Part shown: piece after piece, positions 16,497 through 25,874 of the stretch
Layout: each line of letters begins with the position of its first letter
How positions within the stretch are numbered: the first letter of the stretch is position 1
Virus record (IMG/VR): IMGVR_UViG_3300032155_000021
Coordinates: 1-32,211 of that record
Strand: one strand, 5' to 3'
Origin: a virus
Lineage: Duplodnaviria > Caudoviricetes
Length of the DNA stretch: 32,211 nucleotides
Notes under the pieces: model-generated
What the model saw: the letters and a program-made list of their open reading frames with translations, nothing else
Database searches by the model: none
Told to the model about the DNA's origin: nothing
Position numbers and translations under genes: made by a program

Positions 16497-16681
16497 AAAC
16501 CTATATCTATTCCGGGCCTCCCTCCGGCGTGACCATCGAAGGCCGCGAGGTGATGCTCTGGCCTGGCCGCCCTGTGGAGCTGCCGGAAAAGTCCGGCTAC
16601 GTGTCGGCGCTCGTGGCCCAGGGACGGCTGACACCCGCACCGGCCGCTGCGCCTCAGAAAAAGCGGAGCAAAGGAGAGTAA
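16493..16681 (+). CDS. Small pre-sheath protein
   Basis: AGGAG RBS; MKTYIYSGPPSGVTI...LVAQGRL; ATGA overlap. Confidence 0.7.
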   Translation: MKTYIYSGPPSGVTIEGREVMLWPGRPVELPEKSGYVSALVAQGRLTPAPAAAPQKKRSKGE

Positions 16682-16684
16682 ATC

Positions 16685-18106
16685 ATGGCAGCCAACTACT
16701 TGCATGGTGTTGAAACCATCGAAATCGACAAGGGGCCTCGCCCGGTCCGCACGGTCAAGTCGGCCGTTGTCGGGCTGATCGGAACGGCTCCGGCCGGGCC
16801 TGTGAACGCGCCCACCATTGTCCTGTCCGACCGCGACGCCGCGCAGTTCGGGGCGGCGCATCCCGACTACACCATCCCGCAGGCCCTTGACGCGATTTTT
16901 GACCAGGGCGCGGGTACGGTCATCGTCATCAACGTGCTGGACCCCTCGGTCCACAAGGCCGAAGTGACCGACGAGGCGCTTGTGCTGTCCGGGGATGTGG
17001 GAACCGCCGCGCACCCGGCATGGAACGGCGCGCCGACGGTCAAGTCGTCGGACGGCGCAACCACCCACGTGGCCGGGACGGACTACACCTACGACGCCGA
17101 CGCGGGAACCATCACCCGTATCGACGGGGCCGGTATCTCCTCCGGGGCGAGCCTGCTCGTGAGCTACGAGTACAAAGACCCCACCGCCGTTCTGCCTTCC
17201 GACCTGATCGGGACCGTGACCGTGGGCGGTGCTCGCACCGGCATGAAGGCCCTGGACGACACCTACAACCTGTTCGGCTTCTTCGCCAAGATTCTGATCG
17301 CCCCGGTGTACTGCACCCAGAACAGCGTGGCCGTGGAAATGATCAGTATGGCGCACAAGCTGCGCGCGGTTACGCTGATCGACGCGCCTATCGGGCTGAC
17401 CCCGCAGCAGGCGATCACCGGACGCGGCCCCATGGGCGAGATCAACTTCAACACCTCCAGCGAGCGGGCCGTACTCTGTTACCCCCATCTGAAAGTGTAT
17501 GATACCGCCACCGATTCGGAACGCCTGGAGCCCATGAGTCAGCGCCTTGCTGGCGTGATCTGCCGCAAGGACGTCGAGAACGGATACTGGTGGAGCCCTT
17601 CCAATACGGAGTTCATGGGTATCACCGGGGCCGAGCGCAGCATTTCCGCGCGCATCAACGATCCGCAGACGGAAGCCAACCTGCTGAACGAAAACGGCAT
17701 CGTGACCGTGTTCAACAGCTTCGGTACCGGCCTTCGAGCCTGGGGCAACCGTTCCGCCGCGTGGCCGTCCGTCTCGCACCCGAAGAACTTCATCAACGTG
17801 CGCCGCACTGCGGACATTCTCCACGAGTCCGTCGAGTACGCCATGCTGCAGTTCATCGACTTCCCCATCAACAACGCCCTGATCGACGACATTCGCGGAA
17901 CCGTGAACTCGTTCATCCGGACGCTGATCGGTCGCGGCGCGCTGGTCGACGGCTCCTGCACCTATGATCCGGCCAAGAACCCGCCGACCGAAACGGGCAA
18001 CGGGCATCTGACCTTCGACATCACGTTCATGCCGCCGACTCCGGCCGAGCGGATCACCTTCGAGAGCGTGATCGACATCAACCTGCTCAAGACCCTTGGG
18101 CAGTAA
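16685..18106 (+). CDS. Contractile tail sheath protein
   Basis: YLHGVETIE, VVGLIGTAP, WWSPSN, WGNRS, FINVRRT motifs. Confidence 0.93.
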   Translation: MAANYLHGVETIEIDKGPRPVRTVKSAVVGLIGTAPAGPVNAPTIVLSDRDAAQFGAAHPDYTIPQALDAIFDQGAGTVIVINVLDPSVHKAEVTDEALVLSGDVGTAAHPAWNGAPTVKSSDGATTHVAGTDYTYDADAGTITRIDGAGISSGASLLVSYEYKDPTAVLPSDLIGTVTVGGARTGMKALDDTYNLFGFFAKILIAPVYCTQNSVAVEMISMAHKLRAVTLIDAPIGLTPQQAITGRGPMGEINFNTSSERAVLCYPHLKVYDTATDSERLEPMSQRLAGVICRKDVENGYWWSPSNTEFMGITGAERSISARINDPQTEANLLNENGIVTVFNSFGTGLRAWGNRSAAWPSVSHPKNFINVRRTADILHESVEYAMLQFIDFPINNALIDDIRGTVNSFIRTLIGRGALVDGSCTYDPAKNPPTETGNGHLTFDITFMPPTPAERITFESVIDINLLKTLGQ

Positions 18107-18118
18107 CAGGAGGCGTAT

Positions 18119-18640
18119 ATGGGCAAGATTGCCATCAACCGCATCACTAACGCGAACGTCTACATTGACGGCGCGAGCCTGCTTGGCCGGGCCGAAGAGG
18201 TGGAGCTGCCGCAGATCAAGGCCAAGATGTCCGAGCACAAGGCTCTGGGCATGGTGGGCAGCATTGAAGCGTTCGCCGGTTTCGAGAAGCTGGAGGGCAA
18301 GGTCAAATGGGCCTCCCTGTATCCGGAAGTGCTCAAGAAGGCCGCCAACCCCTTCAAGACCGTGCAGCTGCAGCTCAGAGGCAGCCTGTACACCCAGACG
18401 GCGCAGGGCCGTACTGACGAGGTTCCGGTCGTCGCACTGTTGACCGTGGCCTTCAAAACCTTCCCCGGCGGCAACTGGAAGCAGCACGAGAACGTCGAAA
18501 TGGAAACGGAGTTCGTCGCCTATTACATGAAGATTACCGCCGGAGGCGAGGATATCGTCGAGGTCGACGTGCTGGAAAACATCTACAAGGCCGGGGGTGA
18601 AGATCTTCTGGCTGAATACAACGAGAACATCGGAGGCTAG
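18119..18640 (+). CDS. Tail tube protein (P2 FII-like)
   Basis: NANVYIDG, EEVELP, GFEKLE, EVDVLENIY; follows the sheath. Confidence 0.88.
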   Translation: MGKIAINRITNANVYIDGASLLGRAEEVELPQIKAKMSEHKALGMVGSIEAFAGFEKLEGKVKWASLYPEVLKKAANPFKTVQLQLRGSLYTQTAQGRTDEVPVVALLTVAFKTFPGGNWKQHENVEMETEFVAYYMKITAGGEDIVEVDVLENIYKAGGEDLLAEYNENIGG

Positions 18641-18642
18641 TC

Positions 18643-18909
18643 TTGTCCAAATTAAATGAGATTCCCCTGGCGGAACATCTGACCTTGCCCGACGGCACCG
18701 TCGTGAAGAAAATCGTCCTGCGCTCCCCCAAGGTGCGCGATCTCAAGCTGGCCCAGCGCGGCGGCGGAACCGAAGCGGATCAGGAGATCAGGCTGATGGC
18801 CTCCCTGTGCGAGCCTCCCATGACGCCGGAGGATATGGAGGAAATGGGGCTTGCGGACTTCCGCAAGCTCCAGGGCGCGTTTCAGAGATATCTGGATTCC
18901 TCTTCCTGA
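18643..18909 (+). CDS. Tail assembly chaperone
   Basis: TTG start with GGAGG; LRSPKVRDL...DMEEMGLADF; between tube and TMP. Confidence 0.8.
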   Translation: MSKLNEIPLAEHLTLPDGTVVKKIVLRSPKVRDLKLAQRGGGTEADQEIRLMASLCEPPMTPEDMEEMGLADFRKLQGAFQRYLDSSS

Positions 18910-19045
18910 TCTGTGGCAGGCAGCCGCCGCACTGGCGCGGTGGTATCGTTTCCAACCCTCCGAAATAGACGCGCTAACCATTGAAGAGCTGCGGCTCTGG
19001 CTGGCCGAGGCGGCCCGCCAGGCTAAAGCGGAAGCCGAGAAATAA
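18875..19045 (+). CDS. P2 GpE'-like chaperone extension (likely frameshift product; start approximate)
   Basis: LARWYRFQPSEIDALTIEELRLW resembles GpE-family; overlaps the chaperone in the +1/-2 frame and has no clear RBS/start. Confidence 0.6.
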   Translation, partial: ARFRDIWIPLPDLWQAAAALARWYRFQPSEIDALTIEELRLWLAEAARQAKAEAEK

Positions 19046-19056
19046 CCGGACATCAC

Positions 19057-21672
19057 ATGGCATCTTCCCTCACTCTTGGTCTTTTGGTCTCAGCAACCAC
19101 CAGCGCCGCCCAGGGCGCGTTGCAATCCTTGGGGCAGTCCGTCCACCGGCTTTCCGGCCAGGTGGAGGGCGCCTCCAGGGAGCACGCGCGCCTGGGCGGC
19201 GAGGTGGCCCGGCTCCGCGCGTTTGGCCGGGTGCCTGAAGACCTGGCCAAGAGATATGACCGGCTGGGCAAAAGCATTGAATCCGCAAAGCTCAATCTGG
19301 AGGGGCTGGCCCGCGCCCAGGAAAAGGCCTCGTCGCACCGTGCGGCCATGGGCGAGATGTGGGGGCAGGCGCTTGGTGTCGTCGGCGTTGCCTTCGGCGC
19401 ATCAAGCCTCGTGAACGCGCATGGGGAAATACTGAAGGCGCAGGGAGAAATAGCCTCTCTTGGCATAGCCGAAACCGGCATAGAATTGATCACCAAGGCG
19501 GGAAGGGAATTCTCGTCGGCCTGGGCAGGGACATCAACCGAAGCATTTATCAGTGCAAGCTATGACATCAAGAGCGGCGTTTCAACGCTCGGAGACATGG
19601 CGGTTGGCGAGTTCACCAAAATTGCGGCACTCACCGCTGCGGCAACAAAGAGCAGTACGGCTGAAATGACCACCCTGTTTGCAAAAGGGTATGGCATTTA
19701 TCGTGGGCAATTTGATGCCTTTGGCAAGACTGTCGTGTCCGGGTGGAAGAGTCTCTCTGCGGAAGAGAGGGACGTTGAGTTTGGCAAGGCATTCTCTGCG
19801 GGCATCTCGGCATCCGTGCAGGCATTCCGCACAGACGGCTCTCAAATGAGCCAGGCGCTTTCTTCTCTGGGCGCATCAGCCACGGCGGCGGGTGTCGCCA
19901 TGTCTGAGCAGTTCGCCGTGCTCGGGGCGCTTCAGCGCACCATGAGCGGCAGCGAGGCGGCTACAAAATATCAGGCATTTCTGGCTGCGGCATCAACGGC
20001 AGGCGGCAAGATGGGGCTGGATTTTATCGACCAACACACCGGCATGCTGAAGTCGCTCCCGGATATTCTTGATACAATCAATGATCACTATGGAGGGGTA
20101 ATAGATCAGGCGGCCAAGGATGAAATGCGCAAGGCTTTCGGCACAAAAGAAGCCCAAGACCTGATAGACGTCCTGCTGGGCCAGAAAGAAGCGTTGCGTC
20201 AAGGGGCTAGCGAAATAGATCGCGCAATGCAGGGCGGCCTCGATACCACGGAAGACATGGCCCGCGCCCTGCAGCGCGGTCGCGGTTTTGAGTTGCTCGG
20301 GCAGCAAATAAGGAATCTCTCAGCATCCATCGGCAAGGCGCTGTACCCCACGGCTGAGGCTATTGCGGAGGTGGTGGGAAGGCTGGCGCGCGGTTTAACA
20401 TCGCTCTCCGAAAGGTTCCCTGGGGTCATTGGTTTTGTGGGTAAGGCCGCTGCCGCACTCCTGGCGTTCAAGGCTGCTAGCCTTGCGGCCAGGGCTGGTT
20501 ATCACCTGCTTGGCGGCAGCCTCTGGTCCAGCATAGCCCGCTGGCGGTCCATCAAGGCGTCTGTTCAGGCTGCAAGTCTGGCTATGCAGGGCGGCATGGG
20601 CACGCCGACCAGTGCTTTAGCGGGAGGGACCGGAGCTGTTGCAAATCTTGCTCGGACTCTCCGCGAAATTGCGAATTCTGGAGCCCCCCTAAAGGCTCTG
20701 AGGTTTCAGGTGAGCCTGTTGGCGTCCTCGGCGCTTACGTCTGGGAAGGCTATGGGAGGGGCTCTTGTTTCAGGCATTCGCCTGACGGGCCAGGCCGTTC
20801 TCTGGCTTGGCCGCGCCATGCTGCTCAGCCCCATAGGCTGGATCGGCATCGCCATTGCCGGGGCCGCGCTCCTGATCTGGAAGTTCTGGAAACCCATCAG
20901 GGGGTTCTTTGTTGGCATGTTCCAGGGCTTGTCCTCGGCGCTCAAGCCTGTCGGCGACGCCATGCGCACGGCTTTTGCTCCGGTCGCGTGGGTCGTGAAG
21001 CCGGTCGCGGATGCGCTCGGCCAGGTCTGGTCTTGGGTGAAGGCTCTGCTGCAGCCTGTCGAAGACACTGGCGGGGCCGCGCAGTCGCTGGGCCAAAAGT
21101 TCGGATCGGCCATCGGCACTATTATCCGGCTTGTTATCGGGCTCCCTCTTCGCCTGGCCATGCTGCCCCTGGAGTTTATCAAGCTCGGCGCGCAGATCAT
21201 CGGCGGCCTGCTCGGCGGCCTCAAGCAAGGGTGGGAGAGCCTGAAATCAGGACTTTCCGAGCTTGCAGGAAACATTGTCGGCTCGTTCAAGAGCCTGCTT
21301 GGCATCCGGTCTCCCTCGCGCGTGTTCGCCGGTCTGGGTGGAATGCTCGGGGCCGGTCTTGCCGTGGGCATGAAGGGAAGTGCCGGAGAGGTGGCCCGCG
21401 CGGCTGGCGAAATGTCGAAGGCTGCTACGCCGAACCTTCCCACGGTTCCGCTCCAGGCTCTTGCCGGTCGAAGCTCCGGAGGTGGAGCTGACGCTGCTGC
21501 CGGAGCTGGCCGAGGAGGCATGAACGTCACCTTCGCCCCTGTTATTCATGTTGGGCAGGGCGGTGGAGGTGTGCGCGAACAGGTGAAGGAGGCCATGAGC
21601 CTCAGCTTCGCCGAGTTTGAGCGGTTGATGTCCCGATACGAGAGGGATCACGCAAGGAGGTCTCCCGCATGA
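19057..21672 (+). CDS. Tail tape measure protein
   Basis: 871 aa, Ala/Gly-rich helical; LGIRSPSRVF near the C-terminus. Confidence 0.9.
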   Translation: MASSLTLGLLVSATTSAAQGALQSLGQSVHRLSGQVEGASREHARLGGEVARLRAFGRVPEDLAKRYDRLGKSIESAKLNLEGLARAQEKASSHRAAMGEMWGQALGVVGVAFGASSLVNAHGEILKAQGEIASLGIAETGIELITKAGREFSSAWAGTSTEAFISASYDIKSGVSTLGDMAVGEFTKIAALTAAATKSSTAEMTTLFAKGYGIYRGQFDAFGKTVVSGWKSLSAEERDVEFGKAFSAGISASVQAFRTDGSQMSQALSSLGASATAAGVAMSEQFAVLGALQRTMSGSEAATKYQAFLAAASTAGGKMGLDFIDQHTGMLKSLPDILDTINDHYGGVIDQAAKDEMRKAFGTKEAQDLIDVLLGQKEALRQGASEIDRAMQGGLDTTEDMARALQRGRGFELLGQQIRNLSASIGKALYPTAEAIAEVVGRLARGLTSLSERFPGVIGFVGKAAAALLAFKAASLAARAGYHLLGGSLWSSIARWRSIKASVQAASLAMQGGMGTPTSALAGGTGAVANLARTLREIANSGAPLKALRFQVSLLASSALTSGKAMGGALVSGIRLTGQAVLWLGRAMLLSPIGWIGIAIAGAALLIWKFWKPIRGFFVGMFQGLSSALKPVGDAMRTAFAPVAWVVKPVADALGQVWSWVKALLQPVEDTGGAAQSLGQKFGSAIGTIIRLVIGLPLRLAMLPLEFIKLGAQIIGGLLGGLKQGWESLKSGLSELAGNIVGSFKSLLGIRSPSRVFAGLGGMLGAGLAVGMKGSAGEVARAAGEMSKAATPNLPTVPLQALAGRSSGGGADAAAGAGRGGMNVTFAPVIHVGQGGGGVREQVKEAMSLSFAEFERLMSRYERDHARRSPA

Positions 21673-22559
21673 GTCTGTACGCCACCCTCGGGGAAACGGA
21701 ATTGGAAGTCGTATCGTGGATGGACGGGCTTGATATCCGCTATGGGTCCAGCTTTTCCGAGCATGCGCTTATCGGCAGAAAGCCAGCCATGCAACATACC
21801 GGGTGGAGTCCGGACGAGCTGTCTTTCAGCGTCACGCTGCACTCGTCATGGTGCAACCCTGCGGACGAGGTTCGGGGCCTGAAGGACCACATGGACGCCG
21901 CCACGCCTTTGGACTTCGTTCTCGGTAACGGCGAATATCGCGGCGTCTTTGTCATCGTCGACCTGTCCGTGACCTATCGCCAGACGAACGGCACCGGGAC
22001 AGTGATCTCGCTGGAGGCGTCGCTGCGCCTTCGGGAGTACGTCGGCGATCCGGCCAAGCCGAATCCCCCCGGAGTCTTTTCTCGTGGCATGTACGTTCCG
22101 CCAGTCACCGCGAGCACGGACGTTCTGTCTACGGTGTCGGGGCAGGATGCGGCTCCCGCTCCGGAGGCGGCAAAGGCTGTCAGCCAGGCGGTTTCCTCGG
22201 CCTCCGAAGTTTCCCAGGCCGCAGGGCGCACCGCGAGCATGGCCGCCACGCTTCTTTCCGAGGGAGAGTCGGCGCTGCAAGCAGCCAGAGAGCTTTCCGA
22301 CGATCTCCGGGCCATTGCGTCCAGACTGCCTATTGCGGCTTTTTCCGCGATCTCTTCTCTTCCCGGAGCCTCAGACGTGATGGCGGCCTACAACTCCGCC
22401 AAAAGAGACCTGGGCTTTGCTTCGGACGCCATGCGCACCGTCGAGGGCGGCGTGAGCGCAGCGCGATCCGCGCGCAAAGCCGCCGAGTCTCTGGCGAGAG
22501 TGCGACCGGCCCTGTCCGGCATCGCGGCAAAGGTCGCCATAAGGGGCATACAGCTATGA
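21669..22559 (+). CDS. P2 GpU-like tail protein with Ala-rich C-terminal extension
   Basis: EHALIGRKPAMQHTG, LGNGEYRGVFVI, LREY motifs. Confidence 0.75.
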   Translation: MSLYATLGETELEVVSWMDGLDIRYGSSFSEHALIGRKPAMQHTGWSPDELSFSVTLHSSWCNPADEVRGLKDHMDAATPLDFVLGNGEYRGVFVIVDLSVTYRQTNGTGTVISLEASLRLREYVGDPAKPNPPGVFSRGMYVPPVTASTDVLSTVSGQDAAPAPEAAKAVSQAVSSASEVSQAAGRTASMAATLLSEGESALQAARELSDDLRAIASRLPIAAFSAISSLPGASDVMAAYNSAKRDLGFASDAMRTVEGGVSAARSARKAAESLARVRPALSGIAAKVAIRGIQL

Positions 22560-22765
22560 TTTTTCTGCAACACATCACGACAGACGGGGAACGCTGGGAC
22601 ATGATCTCCTGGCGGTATTACCGCGACGTGGCGCACATCGGCATGCTGATCGAACAGAATCCGCATGCGCCGGTATCGGACGCCTTGCCGTCCGGCATCA
22701 AGCTGCGCATCCCCGTCATTGAGTCCTCGGCCGACACGGAAGGGTTGCCTCCATGGAAAAAATGA
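22556..22765 (+). CDS. Tail protein X (P2 gpX/LysM-like)
   Basis: TTDGERWDMISWRYY...NP...LPSGIKLRIP...LPPW. Confidence 0.85.
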   Translation: MIFLQHITTDGERWDMISWRYYRDVAHIGMLIEQNPHAPVSDALPSGIKLRIPVIESSADTEGLPPWKK

Positions 22766-23781
22766 CCGTTCTCCAGCCATCTTTCCGCATCGTCTATTCC
22801 GGCCGCGACGTGACTGCGGACCTTTCCGCCTATGTGACCGAGGTGCGCTACACCGACCGGCTGACCGGGCAGTCCGACGAGCTGGACGTCACTCTTGGCG
22901 ACGACGATGGGCGCTGGCTTGGTGCGTGGTATCCCGACAAGGGTGCCGAGATGAGCCTTGAATACGGCTATGCGCACCAGCGGCTGGTTTCCGCTGGAGG
23001 TTTCGATGTCGACGAGGTCGAGATATCCGGCCCGCCGTCCGTGGTCCGGATCAGGGCTTTGTCCACAGGCATCACCAGGCAGGTGCGGACCCGCCGAGGC
23101 AAGGCGTATGAGAATACGACTTTGAAGGCCATTGTCGCACAGGCGGCCAAGCGCATCGGAGCCAAGGTCAGCGGAGAGATTGACGAGATCGCCATCGACC
23201 GGGTCACGCAATATCAGGAAACGGATTGGGCTTTTGTGGTGCGACTTTGCCGGGAGTATGGCTATACGGCCAAGCTCTGCGACAACAACCGCACCCTCGT
23301 GGTTGCTCGCGCTGGCAGCCTGGCCGAGCAGTCTCCGGTCAGAACTCTATATTCTTCCGACCTCACGTCCTGGCGCTACGCCGACAAGGTGACCGATGTG
23401 CCGTCGAAGACGTCCGTCCGCTACCACAACCCGGATACGAAGGAAGTGGTCGAACAGCAGGCGCAGGCCGGAGACGTTGCGTCCCAGGATACGGTAACGG
23501 CCCAGGATGAGAACAAGCAGCACGTCCGGGCGCGTAGCGCGGCACAGGCGAAGGCCATTGCCGAAGCCGAGCAGCAGCGCAGGGAGCAGGACAAAGTGGC
23601 CCTCAATGGGACGCTTCCTGGCGATCCTAAGATCGTGGCCGGTGCTATCATTGATATCCATGGCCTTCGACGGCTGAACGGGCTGTATCTCGTCACTCAG
23701 GCTACCCACTCCATAGGGCGCTCCAGCGGATATGTGACCGAGTTCGAGGCCAAGCGCGTGAAGGAGGGAGGCGATGAATAG
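22762..23781 (+). CDS. Baseplate hub / late control D-like protein
   Basis: YTDRLTGQSDELDVTL, QYQETDWAFVVRL; start 22753 or 22762. Confidence 0.85.
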   Translation: MTVLQPSFRIVYSGRDVTADLSAYVTEVRYTDRLTGQSDELDVTLGDDDGRWLGAWYPDKGAEMSLEYGYAHQRLVSAGGFDVDEVEISGPPSVVRIRALSTGITRQVRTRRGKAYENTTLKAIVAQAAKRIGAKVSGEIDEIAIDRVTQYQETDWAFVVRLCREYGYTAKLCDNNRTLVVARAGSLAEQSPVRTLYSSDLTSWRYADKVTDVPSKTSVRYHNPDTKEVVEQQAQAGDVASQDTVTAQDENKQHVRARSAAQAKAIAEAEQQRREQDKVALNGTLPGDPKIVAGAIIDIHGLRRLNGLYLVTQATHSIGRSSGYVTEFEAKRVKEGGDE

Positions 23782-24385
23782 CACCTTCGGAGAAGCGGCG
23801 GCCACCCTCCAGTTCGGCATTGTTGTCGAGATCGCCGAGGCGACATGCAGGGCCAAGGTGCGTCTGCCCGCGCTGGATAACCTGGTCACACACTGGCTCC
23901 CGGTGTTGGTTCCCAAGACCTGCAGGGACAAGCATTATTTCATGCCCGACGTGGGCGAGCACGTGGCGCTGATGCTGGATTCTCGGGGTGAAGATGGCTG
24001 CATTCTCGGCGCATTGTATTCCAGCGCGGACGTGCCGCCGTGCTCCGGAGTGGAAAAGCATCACATCGCATTTGACGATGGAACCACCGTCGAGTATGAC
24101 AGGGATAGTCATGTCCTTTCCGTCAATGCGGTCGGCCCGATAACGATAGAGGTTGACGGACCAGTCCTGATCCGCACCCCGAAGGCCACCATAGACGCCC
24201 CAGAGACACGGGTCACCGGCCACTTGACTGTCGAAAAGGGTATGACTGTAACCGGAGGCGGAGGTGCCGCCGCTTCCATTGCCGGCGACATTGAAGTGCA
24301 AGGCGATATCCACGTCGATGGCTCTGTCGACGCATCCGGCACCATCCTCGACGCCTCCGGCAACTCGAATCATCATAGCCACTGA
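23774..24385 (+). CDS. Baseplate spike protein V
   Basis: MPDVGEHV, FDDGTTVEYD, C-terminal HHSH metal-binding tip. Confidence 0.88.
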   Translation: MNSTFGEAAATLQFGIVVEIAEATCRAKVRLPALDNLVTHWLPVLVPKTCRDKHYFMPDVGEHVALMLDSRGEDGCILGALYSSADVPPCSGVEKHHIAFDDGTTVEYDRDSHVLSVNAVGPITIEVDGPVLIRTPKATIDAPETRVTGHLTVEKGMTVTGGGGAAASIAGDIEVQGDIHVDGSVDASGTILDASGNSNHHSH

Positions 24386-24432
24386 CCTTAGTCAGCACAC
24401 CTTTTGCCCCTGACTCGCATAGAGTCGGGGGC
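24382..24432 (+). promoter_or_regulatory. Putative late promoter upstream of baseplate W gene
   Basis: Perfect dyad CTGA-ccttag-TCAG starts 38 nt before TAGAGT; ATG 7 nt later; no SD. Confidence 0.6.
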
Positions 24433-24780
24433 ATGTTACCTAACTCCGCACACTGGCAGCCCGCATTGGGCCGGAACGGCTTTGTCGAAGGCATAGAAGA
24501 CATTCGCCAATCCATCCGCATCATCCTGGAAACCCCCCAGGGGAGCGATCCGCTGCGTCCGGAGTTCGGCTCCAATATCTATCAATACATTGACCGGCCC
24601 ATCGACCGCGCCCGCCCCCACCTGGTGCGCGAGGCTGTCCGCGCTATCCGGCGCTGGGAGCCTCGCGTCACCGTGGTGCGAGTCCAGGTGGAACAAGGGG
24701 ACGGCCCCGCGCATGTTCTGATCAGGATCGAGTTCCGGCTCGCCGATGGCGCTTTGGCTTCTGCGGAGGTGCGCGCATGA
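24433..24780 (+). CDS. Baseplate wedge protein W / gp25-like
   Basis: DIRQSIRIILETPQGSDPLRPEFGS, AIRRWEPRV. Confidence 0.9.
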   Translation: MLPNSAHWQPALGRNGFVEGIEDIRQSIRIILETPQGSDPLRPEFGSNIYQYIDRPIDRARPHLVREAVRAIRRWEPRVTVVRVQVEQGDGPAHVLIRIEFRLADGALASAEVRA

Positions 24781-25874
24781 CCCTTCCTAAGGTTGTCCAC
24801 GAGGATTCCCAGCTTGTTACATCCGAGCTGATAGCCACCTATGAGGCCATGACGGGAAAGACGCTGTATCCCGCCCAGGTCGAGCGGCTGCTGATAGACT
24901 TGATCGCCTACAGGGAAACCCTGATGCGGGCGTCCATCAATGACGCGGCGAGGCAGAACCTGGTGCGCTTTTCCAGGGCTCCCATGCTGGACTATCTCGG
25001 AGACCTGGTCGGCGTGACCAGGCTGCAGCCTCAGGCCGCCCGGACAACGCTGCGCTTCTATTCGGAAGCTCCGGTATCTTCCGGCGTGGTCATCCCCAGA
25101 GGCTTCCGCGTGAAGTCCGGTACCGGAGCCGTATTTGCCACGCAAAGCGACGCCTTGATTCCTTCCGGCCAGAGTTCCGTGGAAGTGCTCGCACTGTGCG
25201 ACGAGCCCGGAGCGGTCGCAAACGGCTTTTTGCCGGGAGACATCAAGCAGTCGTTTGATCTGCTGCCGGACGGCATACAGGTCGTGAACGTGACCTTCTC
25301 AAGCGGCGGTGCCGACATGGAAGGCGACGACCGGCTTCGCGAGAGGATCATTCTCGCGCCTGAACACTTTTCTGTTGCTGGCCCCACGCTGTCGTATCGC
25401 TATCACGCCATGAGCGCGAACCAGAGCGTGGTGGACGTCGCAGTGCTGTCTCCCGATCCCGGCCAGGTGGTTCTGTATCCGCTGGTCCAGGGTGGTCTGC
25501 CGTCCGAGGACGTGCTGGCACAGGTTGCCGAGGCTGCAAGCGCGGACGATGTGCGTCCGCTGTGCGACACAGTTACCGCAGCCTCGCCCGTCCTGTACGA
25601 GTACACCATCTCTGCGGAGATAACCCTCTACCATTCCGCCGATGCCGCAGACACGCTTGCGCGCGCCACAGCCGCAGCGCGGGCATGGGCGGACAAGGCA
25701 GCTGCGACCCTTGGGAGCGACATCGTCCGCAGCCAGATCATGGCGGCTCTTTCCGTTTCCGGCGTGTATCGCGTTCACCTTGCTTTGCCCCTTGAAGACG
25801 TTGATGTGCCTGAAAACGGCTGGGCCAGCTGCACCGGCGTGTCCGTCTCTGTGGCCGGAGGCGTGAATGGCTGA
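24777..25874 (+). CDS. Baseplate J-like protein
   Basis: LDYLGDLVGVTRL, GGADMEGDDRLRERI, SVAGP, VRPLCD. Confidence 0.9.
   Translation: MTLPKVVHEDSQLVTSELIATYEAMTGKTLYPAQVERLLIDLIAYRETLMRASINDAARQNLVRFSRAPMLDYLGDLVGVTRLQPQAARTTLRFYSEAPVSSGVVIPRGFRVKSGTGAVFATQSDALIPSGQSSVEVLALCDEPGAVANGFLPGDIKQSFDLLPDGIQVVNVTFSSGGADMEGDDRLRERIILAPEHFSVAGPTLSYRYHAMSANQSVVDVAVLSPDPGQVVLYPLVQGGLPSEDVLAQVAEAASADDVRPLCDTVTAASPVLYEYTISAEITLYHSADAADTLARATAAARAWADKAAATLGSDIVRSQIMAALSVSGVYRVHLALPLEDVDVPENGWASCTGVSVSVAGGVNG

Noticed and set aside
16169-18487. Long minus-strand ORFs (772 aa here; also 27341-29917, 9604-11310, 14048-15517, 30617-32080)
   Set aside because: Antisense shadows of well-supported + strand genes in GC-rich DNA; no recognisable motifs.
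19420-20420. Apparently more AT-rich stretch inside the tape measure gene
   Set aside because: Impression only, not quantified; the frame is intact and mosaic TMPs are common.
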